Positions 12,211 to 23,319 of a stretch of 64,000 nt of DNA are shown piece after piece. The first letter of the stretch is position 1. Every line of letters starts with the position of its first letter. The notes under the pieces were generated by a model that had not been told where the DNA came from, ran no database searches, and was given only the letters and a program-made list of their open reading frames with translations. Origin of the DNA: Heptranchias perlo (taxonomy: Eukaryota); assembly GCF_035084215.1 (NCBI RefSeq), contig NC_090349.1:10044001-10108000 (forward strand), in the 5' to 3' direction. The translations under genes and the position numbers were made by a program.

Positions 12211-14352
12211 TCACATTTGCGAACAAATGGGGTCAGACAAAAACATAAAAATAGCACTGGGCACAGAGTTTTACTTTCAAATGTACAGCACCGATTCAAT
12301 CTGTCACATTCTGTCTCATGAGCTGTGGATTTAAAGAGAAAGTAAAAAGCAATAAATCCGGATTTGGGGTAAATATTTGAACCAATGCTGACTACAAAGA
12401 TGCAGTAATGTTTAGTTCAAACCCCTCAATTCTAATGAATTTACTGTTAATCGCGATTGTTTGCTCGGCCGCTCTACTCGGCTCGTTGTTTCCACAAGGT
12501 TTCCCTTCGGATGGTGACTATATTGTGCAAAGCGTAGCATCAACACCACGATTGCCAGGGTCGGTTTAACAATCTATTGTTATTCTGAGACGTTTGCCTT
12601 GGAATCCACAACTTCGCCAGGCTTTGTTTACATTATAATTTTGAAGGTGAAACTTCGAGTAGTCCTGATAAGAGCCACCAACCTTATTGTCACAGTTAGT
12701 ATAATTTCCCTGCAACTCCTGGGCTTTAGCTAAACTTTCTGGTGCTGAAATGTCTGGAGTCCCGTAGGATTATTGGGCAGGTTTTACTATCAATTTAAAT
12801 TATTGTCTAAACGCCAAGAGTTGACAGTGAACTCCCTTTACATTGGTTTGGAATGTATTTTTTTTCCAGATCTAAATTCTTAGTGAAACAACTGATAATA
12901 TAATGGAAGATGTTTTTCTGTTTTGTGTCTCATGTTAGCCCATTCCACCGTGATGTAGCCGAATAACCAAATTAATATAGCGATAGGGTACCCGCATTTT
13001 CTGTAATATCCCTCATCTCGCTGACAGTAATCACAGAACCAGCAGCGAAGCGCAATGTAACCAGTACAAAAGCAGGCACAAAAATCGGAAAACCCATCCC
13101 GAGACATGATTCACACAAAATTGATCGGATAACTAGATAACGAACCTGTGACTTATTAAAAATTAGACAGCTGCCAATCATTGATATTTATAACTGTATG
13201 CAGAAAATCAATCAGTGTGAATGATTAATATTAACTGAACTGAGCGCAACAGCATGATTACTACAATCATCGGGGATTAATGCGAAATGTGAGGCTGAGA
13301 ACCTTGCACTGAACGGTTTTCGTTGAGTTTGGAGACGGGTGGGAGAGGGTTGTAGCAAGTCGCCACGCCATCATCCCGCAGTCTCAGTCCGAGAATGGTT
13401 ATTAAATCGGGGCAATGCTTTAATGGAAATGAAAACGACATCGTGTGAAACTTTTGAACTTGTGCTTTTAGACTTTTACCAACAACTCATTCCAGTGGGA
13501 CTATAAGTGCCGGGTATAAGCCGTTCCGAGACTATGTGGGACACTTAGTATCATAAAATGTGCAGCGCAGAAGGTAGGCCGATCGCGCCCGCCCAGAGTC
13601 TTTGGAAGAGCTGTCGACCTATTTCCCAGACATTTTTTGTCCTTTATCAAATGTTTATCAATTTACCTTTGAAACATTACCATAGATTCTGCTTGATCAC
13701 TCTTACCGGTAGGACACTGCACGTCCTAAAGGGTAAAGAAAATATCCTAAACACTTTCTTCGTTCTTTTAGTAATGTTATTAAATGTAGGTCCTCTGGTT
13801 ATCGACAGACCGATCAGTGAAAATAATTTTTATAAATTAACAAAATGGCTCTTAATTCCGAACATTTCCAGCAGATAACACTGAAAACTTCTGGTAAAAA
13901 GAGCTCCCCTCGTCTCCTCTCATAACTAAAACCTTATAGTACTGATATCTCTTAATAATTATCCAGTACCCCCTCCACGGATATGACACGCTCCCTAAAG
14001 TAGGGAGCCTTTGTGCCTGGCTGTATCTTAAAAATCAATGGACGCTGATGCATGAGGTCTGTATAAATATGTCTTATGGACAATAACCTTGAGTTAAACT
14101 AATTCAATCTACCACGAAAATGATTTTAATTAATGATTTTTGGTATTTCATCCGTAATGTTGCCAATGTTAAGGGAGAGTTTGATGAGCGCATCAGAGAC
14201 CGAATCGAAAACTAAGGAGTGGCGCTGTAATCATCATGAGAGACTTGGACACTGACATTTTTTGGTCCAGGGAATTTCGACAAGAAAAAAACTAAAAATC
14301 GAAAACTGGTAGCTGACAATCCCAAGCTGCACAGTACGAATAATTTACTTAC

Positions 14353-14694
14353 TGTCCAGATTCAACTTGGTTCCTCTCCCGAAAATGAATCTTTCGGTAC
14401 TGTTGCGCCATGCAGCACAGTGATAATCGGCGACGTACTCCGATTGCAGGTTGGTGATGGTCAAATATATCCTGGATGAGTCCACAGATCCGGTGAATCG
14501 ATCTGGAATCCTTGACCCTCTGGTGGAGCTGTCATAACAAACAAACTCAAGGGCACTGCCGGTTTTCTGCCAGTACCAGCTCGTGTATCAGCTGCCGATT
14601 ACGTCTCCGGACATCATACAGGTGACCTTGGCCGTTATCCCCGGGGAGGTTGAGATGGACGTCAACTGATTCAGGACAGGATCCGCGTTTGTAC
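14353..14694 (-). pseudogene. IgL: Germline-joined VJ exon of a lambda-like (type II) Ig light chain, pseudogene, cluster A
   Basis: Translates DPVLNQLTSISTSPGITAKVTCMMSGDVIGS*YTSWYWQKTGSALEFVCYDSSTRGSRIPDRFTGSVDSSRIYLTITNLQSEYVADYHCAAWRNSTERFIFGRGTKLNLD, with TGA at 14588-14590. AG acceptor and GTAAGT donor are intact; V is fused to J with no RSS. Confidence 0.95.
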
Positions 14695-14826
14695 CTAGTG
14701 AAATAGCAAGTTATTGATCAGTCACTGTGCAATTCTGAACATCCAGATCCGTTCAACTCAAGCACAATAAAAAAAATCAGGGCATTGTAAAAAGCAGCGA
14801 TATTGAAGATTAAATCCTGTACTTAC

Positions 14827-14870
14827 TGTGGAGATATTGTGACGATCAGAAGCAAAATATTTCCTGACAT
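14827..14870 (-). pseudogene. Remnant of the leader exon of cluster A (signal-peptide coding part deleted)
   Basis: Aligns to the 5'UTR and GTAAGTACAGG donor of cluster C (34761-34871) but lacks the 49-nt ATG..CAAT segment. The upstream ATG gives a 44-nt, phase-2 exon that is out of frame with VJ. Confidence 0.75.
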
Positions 14871-14937
14871 GAACGTGGTTATGGGCTCTTTCTTAAGAAG
14901 TTTCAAATATTGCACCGTGACTGTGTATTAATTACTC

Positions 14938-15005
14938 ATGCAAATCTCCATCGACCTGACACCGGGCTATAGGATTCCGGGTTCTCTGCTGACTGATATT
15001 TGCAT
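14938..15005 (-). promoter_or_regulatory. Ig V promoter with two perfect octamers in inverted orientation, cluster A
   Basis: ATTTGCAT (minus) at 14938-14945 and ATGCAAAT (minus) at 14998-15005, upstream of the leader remnant. Confidence 0.85.
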
Positions 15006-16696
15006 AATGGACATTCCAGCCTTTTTCTAAAATTGAGAAACAAAGCGTCAAAGCCATAAAATACAGCGCGGGATTAGTTGAATGCAGCAAAATAACAGAT
15101 GCGGTGAAAAAGAGGAGGGGGGGGGGCGATTAAATGACTCCAGGCTTAGGTTTTGGAAGCCTGAAGTTTGTTATAGCGAGGAAAGGCTGTGGGCGATAGC
15201 TTAAGGATCCTCAGAAAAAAATGAATTATAGAAGGAGAGTGTGAGATGAGCTTAGATTTGTAAACAGTAAGGAGTTAGGAAGGTGGAACAGCGCATAGAA
15301 GGGTGTATTTTGGGTTTAGGGGAACAATTTAGGTAAGTTCGCACTTGCTATCTTTCACACGTGACCATATATTCAATCTTCCCCGTTGAAATTTGGAAGT
15401 TCCGTTGCTTCTGCATATAGGGTTGAGCATCGACTCCGTTCACACCAGGGGAGGAGTATGTAAAAACAGCATCATTTTCAACAATTTTAATACGTACTGA
15501 CAAATAAGAATGAATAATTAATTGACAATTGCACAGTCACACGTTGACATATCCTGCCTCCACATTCATTATTCCAACCTGTGTAAATTATTCCGTTCAG
15601 CGGCGCACTTCACGACTACAGCAGAAATAATCGAAATTTCCCTAAAAAAATGATCGATCCGAGTTTTAATCCTGCCCAACCTGAAGGGATAAACATATTC
15701 TCTCTGCTGACTAGAAGCATCTGACTTGTAGTATGTTAGGAACTGTTTGGCAATCTTGCTATTGAGCTGAATCAACGGTAAAAGCAGCCTATGATTCACA
15801 CAAATTATAACGAAATTGACAATCTCACTCAGAGACGCAAAAGGCGTTTGGGAGTTACAAAGGCCACGTTAGTGGAGTAGAGATGCTGTTATGAGGTGGG
15901 TTTAGAACACACGGGGGCAATAATTCCTCTGATCATTCTTTTATAGCAACATTAGGTTGAAGGTTCCATCCGTTTTTATTTTTCAGAGAAATCAGAAATG
16001 CATCTCATTTAGAATGTGCTTAGAATTTCACTTGAAATTACGGAGCTGATGGAATCTTCACTGATATATTTTCAATGTAGCTACAAATAGCTTAATTTAT
16101 GGTTGGTAAAGCTACGCACAATAAAATAACAACTGGAGTGAGAATTGCTCTGGTCACAAATGTTTTGAAGATTTTTTCCTTTTTTCTAGAAATAGTGAAC
16201 AAGGGAAATCTTCACCAATGTATCCAGCCCCCCTTACACATAGTGATCAGAGGAATTCTCAACCCATAGTGCCAACAAGTTGAATGAGTACAGCCAACGT
16301 TCACAAGAGCTAAACCTGGAGCCAAGCCCACATGAGATGAAGTACTGACACTCCTACGTAGCAATTACACGTAACACGAAACAGGCCATTCGGCCCAACT
16401 GGTCTATGCCGGCGTTTATGCTCCACAGGAGCCTCCTCCCTCCCTACTTCATCCACCCCAATCAGTATATCATTCTATTCCTTTCTCCTTCGCGTGCATA
16501 TCTAGCTTCCTCTTAAAAGCAACTATGCTATTTGCCCAACTGTTCACCCTATCCCCACTCGTGAAAGTCATGGTCTTGGTGAGTGGAAACGCTAGAGGAG
16601 ATGAATGAATAAAAAAAATCAAGTGCTGAAAATTTTATGGCCCCTGTGCCATTTTAGAAAGGGCAGGCAGGTGTTCCTGAAGATGTAACGTTATGC

Positions 16697-17175
16697 AATT
16701 TTTTTATTCGTTCATGGGATGTGGGCGTCGCTGACAAGGCCAGCATTTATTGCCCATCCCTAATAGCCCTTGAGAAGGTGGTGGTGAGCCGCCTTCTTAA
16801 ACCGCTGCAGTCCGTGTGGTGAAGGTTCTCCCACAGTGCTGTTAGGTAGGGAGTTCCAGGATTTTGACCCAGTGACGATGAAGGTACGGTGATATATTTC
16901 CAAGTCCGGATGGTGTGTGACTTGGAGGGGAACGTGCAGGTAGTGTTGTTCCCATGTGCCTGCTGCCTGCTGCCTTTGTCCTTATAGGTGGTAGAGATCG
17001 CGGGTTTAGCAGGTGCTGTCGAAGAAGCCTTGTCGAGTTGCTGCAGTGCAGCCTGTAGATGGTACACACTGCAGCCACAGTGCGGCGGTGGTGAAGGGAG
17101 TGAATGTTTAGGGTGGTGGATGGGGTGCCAATCAAGCGGCTGCTTTGACCTGGATGGTGTCGAGCTTCTTGAGTC
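16697..17175 (-). mobile_element. 3' fragment of a second CR1-group LINE family
   Basis: LIGTPSTTLNIHSLHHRRTVAAVCTIYR; same family at 54230-54886; A-rich 3' tail. Confidence 0.75.
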
Positions 17176-18700
17176 TATACCACGAAACAAGCCATTCGGC
17201 TCAACTGGTCTCTACCATAGTCATACTCCACACGAGCATCCTTCCACTCTAATTATCTCTTCCCACCCCGCTCTTATATCGCTCTATTCCCTTCTCCCTC
17301 ATGTATGCACCAAGCCTATCCATCAATGTATCAGTGCTATCTTTTCAACCACTCCATATGGCAGCCAGTCCCACAATCTCAGCACTCTCAAGATATTCCT
17401 CCCAATAGAAACAAAGCAACGCGAGTAGGCCATTCAGCCCCTCCAGCCTGTTCTGGCATTCAATTAGAGCATGGCTGATCTGTACCTCAAGGGCATTTTC
17501 CTGCCTTTATTTCATATCCCTTGATACCCTTACCTAACCATGATCTATTCATCTCAGCCTTGAAAGTTTCAGTTGATGCAGCATCCACAACCTTTTGGAG
17601 GAGTGAGTTCCAGATTTACACTCCCTTTTGTGTGAAAAAGTGCTTCCTGACTTCAATCCTAAATGGCCTAGCTCTAATATTAAGATTATGCCCTCTTGTT
17701 TTCGATTCCCCCACGAGAGGAAATAGTTTCTCTGCATCTGCCCTATCGAATCCCTTCATCATTTTCAGTATCTATATTACATCACCCTTCAACCTGCTAA
17801 ACTCAAGGGAATACAAACCAAATTTATGCAACCTGTCCTCAGAACCTGACACTTTAAGGCCTAGTATTATTCTGGTGAATCTGCACTGTACCCCTTCCAA
17901 TGCCAATATATATTCCCTGAAGTTCGGTGACCAAAATTGAACACAGCACTCCAGATGGGATCTGCCCAAGGCTCTGTATAACTGAAGCATTACTTCCTCA
18001 GTTTTGAATTCCAACCCGTTGTGTTAAAGGTCAACATTCCATTAGACTTTTTGGTTACTTTTTTACCTGTGCACTAGCTTTTAGTGACTTGTGTACATGG
18101 ATCCCTAAATCCCTTTGCTCCTCCACAGCTCATAGTCTTTCAGCATTAAGAAAATATCCTGATTTGTCTTTCTCAGATCCAAAGTGGATGCCGTTACACT
18201 CCCCCACATTGAACTATATCTGATATAGTTTTGCCCATTTACTTAATCTAGCTATGTAATGTCCTTCTCCCATTCACACAACTTACTGTGCTTCTTGACT
18301 TAGTCTTAACTGCAAACTTGGATACAGAACTTTATATTCCTACATGCATGTCATTAATATACATGATGCAAAGCTGAGACCCCAATACAGATCCCAGGCG
18401 AAAAACATTTTTTCACAGCCCGCCAATGAGGGAACAAACCCTTTATCCATACTCTCTGTCTCCTACCTTACAATCAATTGGCAACCTATATCTCCAAATA
18501 ATTTCTATTAATGCGCACAGTACTCCAACTGTGATCTAACCTAGGTTCCATATCAATTTAACATTACCATATCAATTTAACATTACCGCTCTGCTTTTAT
18601 GTTCTATTCCTGTAGAAACGAACCCCAGTACTTCATTTGCAGTCTTTATGACCGTAATTAGTTGTTGCTGCTTTTAGTGATTTATGTATCTGTAGTCCCA
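17176..18700 (-). mobile_element. CR1 3' fragments (paralogous to 8480-10215)
   Basis: MLQLYRALGRSHLECCVQFWSP..LEFSRLKGDVI and related remnants. Confidence 0.8.
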
Positions 18701-19519
18701 AATCAGTCTGAACAAAGAAGATTATGTGCTAAAGGGATACCGAGTTTGTGATTAGTGTGAAGGTAAATTTAAAACGCGTGTCTCTTATCTGGACTGGTTT
18801 CAGCCAAAGGATTCGGTGAATCTGTAGTTATGATGGTTGGAGTTGCGGCTAAAAGTACCTGCTTCAATACAACGATTATTGACCAAACGATTTTCGTTTC
18901 GAAAAAAATGCGGCATTGCCAGAAACTGTACCTCGGTATCCAAAAGCGAGGCGGTCACAGATTTCATCCTGACTTTGTGTAACCAGATAATTTAGAAGAA
19001 TTTACACCACTGTTTATTTTTGAATAGTTGTCATAAACACACGATAAAGCTCCTTCCCCACACGGACAAATTCAACGGGGTCTATTTTCAAAATATATTG
19101 TATAATTTCTTTCACGAAATGTTAAACTAAAGTCGGCATTCGTGCCGGTAATTTCACTATTGAGACTGATTTCATTGACTTTACACACAATGTGCAGAAT
19201 GTCAGCAAGAATTCCACCTCACTATTTAATGAAATTTAGAACGTTGCTACAGATTGATAGAGAAATATCGGACAGAAAAGAATAACAGCACCTGAGATAA
19301 TGGAAGAGTCATTTTATTATATGGCGGTATTTGTAAAGTTACACTGAAGCTTTGTTCAGTTCAGTTACAGCCAGCGGCTTCCAGCGGAAAAACTGCACAT
19401 CTGTTGATTTTTTTTTAGAGATGTTCCACGTAAAATCTAACAATACACCTGAATACGGAATTTAATTTTAGAAAGGAATTTACTACTGGTACAACAGATC
19501 AATACATAAAATTCTTGAA

Positions 19520-19840
19520 TCAGGTGCAGATGGACTTCGTGCTACTTGTGTGAAGCTGGTTTGCCTGAGTCTGGTGTTTAACCACACAGGAGTAAAGCTC
19601 GTGTGAGCCACTCTGAGGCTGTCAGAGTCAGATAACTACTCACACTGAACGTGTTGTCCGTCTCCCGCTCGACCCGACCGGTCTCAACACCAACCCCTTT
19701 CACATTGCTATCTACTGTCCACTCAATCTCCACAGCGCCCAGGTTAAAACCGTTCATCAAGCACGCAAGGGTCGCCGTGTTTTTTTCCGTGATTTCATCC
19801 GATGAAGGCGGAACGATGGACACCGAGGGGACCCGTGGAT
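19520..19840 (-). pseudogene. IgL: IgL constant exon pseudogene, cluster B (orphan, no VJ)
   Basis: PRVPSVSIVPPSSDEITEKNTATLACLMNGFNLGAVEIEWTVDS..DNTFSVSSYLTL, then a 2-bp deletion after SEW (~19608). Acceptor AG is intact. Confidence 0.93.
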
Positions 19841-20509
19841 CTGAAACGTGTAAACAAATGCACGCAGATCCATTCCTAATTGACATAAAGATTCGAAATT
19901 AATGTTTTACTTTTTTTCAATTCGTTTACAATTCGGCATCACTTTACAAATGTGTGTGGAATTTAATGCAACGAAACCTCATTAATGTCAATTCCACAAT
20001 GAAAGGGGCCTTAATTCCAGAAATTATATAACGTGAGAATATGTTCCTATTTTCGCTACATGGAAAAGGACTGATAAACATTCTTTAAAGGAAATATAAT
20101 CCGAACTCATGGAATATATTATAATTTGAATTTAATAGCGCCCCTCAAAGACATCATATTTGTTTCAATTTTCGTGTAATTTCCTTCCCCCATTAAAGTT
20201 CAGCATGTGATTAAGAATATTTCCTCATTTGTGACAGAATGGGGTCAGAAATAATAAAACATAAAAATAACATTGGGACACAGTGTTACATTGAAATATA
20301 CTGGTCGGATTCAAACTGTCACAGACATTGTGTCCTCGGAACTGTGGATTTAAAGAGAAAGTAAAAAGCAATAAATCTGATTTTTGGGTAAATATTGGAA
20401 CCAATGCTGACTACAAAGACACAGTGTGGAGATGCCGGTGATGGACTGGGGTTGACAATTGTAAACAATTTTACAACACCAAGTTATAGTCCAGCAATTT
20501 TATTTTAAA

Positions 20510-20548
20510 TTCACAAGCTTTCGGAGGCTACCTCCTTCCTCAGGTGAA
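20510..20548 (-). ncRNA. Mirror copy of the minimal hammerhead ribozyme motif
   Basis: Exact reverse complement of 20586-20624. Confidence 0.75.
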
Positions 20549-20585
20549 CGATGTGGAAATATAATCCGAAATATATTCCACATCG

Positions 20586-20624
20586 TTCACCTGAGGAAGG
20601 AGGTAGCCTCCGAAAGCTTGTGAA
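20586..20624 (+). ncRNA. Minimal type I hammerhead ribozyme motif (Penelope-type)
   Basis: TTCAC-CTGAGGA-A-GGAGG tag CCTCC-GAAA-GCTT-GTGAA: stem I, CUGANGA core, stem II, GAAA, palindromic stem III. Confidence 0.75.
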
Positions 20625-21094
20625 TTTAAAATAAAATTGCTGGACTATAACTTGGTGTTGTAAAATTGTTTACAATTACAAAGACACAGTAATATTTAAC
20701 TCAAAACACTCGATCTTAATTACTTTACTGCTAATCTGGATTATTTGCTTCTGTCTCCAGTTTTGCACTACTTTTGACGGAAGTGGTAAATACGGTATTG
20801 GCCTAATACTTGGGCTTATGGCCAATCACTGCCATAGACGCTCGCGTTTCTACACGGCTCCCGCTCCTGTCGGACGATCACTATATTGTGTAAAAGTTCA
20901 AAAGATTGTCGGAATAATTCCACCACACTCGAAATACGCTGTTTGGAGGCAGTTCCGAGATCAGTGTCGTAAAAGATATCTTTTCACTAATTACAAAACA
21001 TTTCCAACAAGTAACATCGGTTATTATAAACAATTATAGCAATATTATCTAATAATATGCTAACAATAATCTCAATAAGAAAGTAATAAAGCCA

Positions 21095-21328
21095 ATAATG
21101 TCCTGGCCAATATTTACCCATCATCCAAACTGACTAAAACAGATTGCCGGTGATTATCACATTACTGTTTGTGGGAACTTGCGGTGCGGAGGTTTGCTGC
21201 AGCGTTTCCTACATTACAACAGTGATGACACTTCAAAAGTACTTCTTTGGCTGTGAAGCGTCTTGGGACGTCCCGAGGTCGTGAAAGGTATTATATAAAG
21301 GAAAACTCTTTCTTTCTTCTCTTTCTTA
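21095..21328 (+). mobile_element. 5'-truncated tRNA-derived Deu-domain SINE (SacSINE1-like)
   Basis: GTCCTGGCCAATATTTA..TTGGGACGTCCCGAGGTCGTGAAAGG..TATATAAA..(TTTC)n; same family at 48573 and 51715. Confidence 0.75.
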
Positions 21329-23319
21329 ATACTAAATAAAAATCTTTCCATAATAATGACAATGAAATATAACTCAGAGTAAGAATGTTGAAGCCAATCT
21401 GTCACAATCTCCTGTCTCTTTAAATGACTGTTCGCACAGACCATGTATTACAAGCACCAATTGCCAATGACTAACCTTTGATAAAGTGGTTTGTGTAATG
21501 AAAGGAATCAAAGGAAATGCTGAAACATTATTTTTTTTTCAATCGTAGAATTATGTGTCAGATGCTGAGCCGCTACAAATGTTTCTGGTATTGAGGTGGG
21601 ATGCCAGCGACAGTGACACTTCTCGCCAATACCAGGATTGCCCGGCTCGGTTTAACAATCTTTTGCCCTTCTGAGACGTTCGCCTTGGAACCTACAACTT
21701 CGCCTTGCTTTCTTTACATTATAAATTGGAGGCTGAAACTGCGAGTAGTCCAGACAAGAGGCAGCAACCCCTATTTTCAGAGTTGGCAGTTGGTATAATC
21801 TCCCTGCAGCACCAGGAGATTAGCTGAACTTTCTGGTACTGAAATATGTGGAGTCCCGTGGGATTTGTACGAAATTCAACTGCTTCCTGTTTTAAGGAGA
21901 GCGTTAACGCTTTACAAATAGCAATCAAAAAGAAATGTAATACAAATACTTTAAATGTCGATAACTAATAACTCACAACACGATTTCACTACACGTGTCT
22001 TTGAAGAATTGAAGAAAGTAAAATTTTCATTGTCCAATTGAAGGTCACAGAAGAGAGCAAGATGTAACAATTCAATCATCGCTCTGGGAGGGGACTGACG
22101 GCTGTGGGTTCAGAAAGCACATAAATACATGTCTGCTAATTTTTGTATAATTAGGCCTAAATCAGCCCGTTTTTCTTCTATTCGGTACCCTCACCACGGA
22201 GGAGGATGGAATCATTAAAATTATACAAGTCGATTGACAATACTTGATGAGAATATTCTGTAAAACTGCTCTCGGCAAATAGTCTTCTATATTTCCTGTT
22301 TTTAGCGTAATCTTTCCTCGCGGTGAGTTAACCTCTGTTATTCAGTTGAAAGAACATTCATTCCACTGGTGGTCTGGATAGTATAACCCCATAATTACGC
22401 TCCACATTGAGCCTCAACGTATAATGCCATGTTATGATTCAGTACTTTCTATTCTTTACCTTTCAAATATGTAAACACCTGAGAAAATAAATCGATAAAG
22501 TACGGGAATTAATACTTTAGAACAAACATTCTTGCATATGAAGGTGGAGAGCGTGCTGAAGTTTGATACATCTTTATCAGAATCCGGATAATCTTCTATA
22601 TATTTTTATTCTTGTTAACCTAATAAAACATTTATTTATCCGATTCTGACAGTTCACACCGTGTTAACAATTGTGTGCTATCCCGGAAAGGGAGTAGACA
22701 TTAGCTGGGTTTCTACGGCTGTTAGGAGGCCAGATGGAGGACACAAAGAGCTGGGTCATTGCACTCTTCACGTTCAGACTGCTGCTTGATAGCTTTAGTA
22801 TTTTACACGAGATGTACTGCTTGGGTTCAGAGTCAATGAACACTCTCATCAGCGATCCACCATCCTCTAAGAAACAGTATGCGTCTTTACCTGCCCAATA
22901 TTTTATAGAAAATAATGTGAACAGAAAGCTCTCGTTGAGTTTATTTGCACCAGCGTTACCCTGCTCCATGTCTTAGTTATTTGGACGCACTATTTGCAAT
23001 TGAGTTAATTGTGCTCCACAGCGACACTGATGGTTAGAGGAGGGACATGTCTTTCAAAAGGACTCCAACGGCGACGATTGGAAACAAAATTGTTCGCTGT
23101 CCTACTGCACGTGGAGAATGCAGCTAAATAAATCAAAATTAAATTAAAAACAGACATTATCGGATTATCTCAGTTTGGAAGGGAATAACAGTGTAGACCC
23201 TGGAATTGTGATTAAAAGAATCTCTCAAGTTTCGTGTCCTCTGTACATATGACCAATATTAATTCTTAGCAATGGATACAATGTGACGGTATCATGGCAT
23301 ATAAATAGTTTCTCACTAC

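Larger units (their letters stand above)
8401..13245 (-). repeat. Segmental-duplication unit A (IgL 3' flank + C exon + J-C intron), paralogous to ~17176-21870 and ~23250-31905
   Basis: Collinear shared non-coding sequence, e.g. AATATTAATTCTTAG..AATGGATACAATGTG at 8407/23256 and CAGTCTGAACAAAGAAGA at 10222/18704, plus shared CR1 fragments. Confidence 0.9.
20426..20676. mobile_element. Penelope-like element remnant: inverted pseudo-LTR pair with 14-bp target-site duplication
   Basis: Identical 102-bp arms 20457-20558 / 20576-20677. TACAAAGACACAGT is duplicated at 20412-20425 and 20677-20690. The paralogous site in unit A (~12392) is empty. Confidence 0.85.

Noticed and set aside
18548-18587. 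Small tandem duplications (19 bp here; 16 bp at ~37452; others at ~37553 and ~58296) and G runs at 10812 and ~15117
   Set aside because: Ordinary slippage events with no further structure.
22664-22969. 101-aa minus-strand ORF as a possible missing V exon of cluster B
   Set aside because: No Ig V motifs (no WYxQ, DxAxYYC or FGxG) in the frames I checked.
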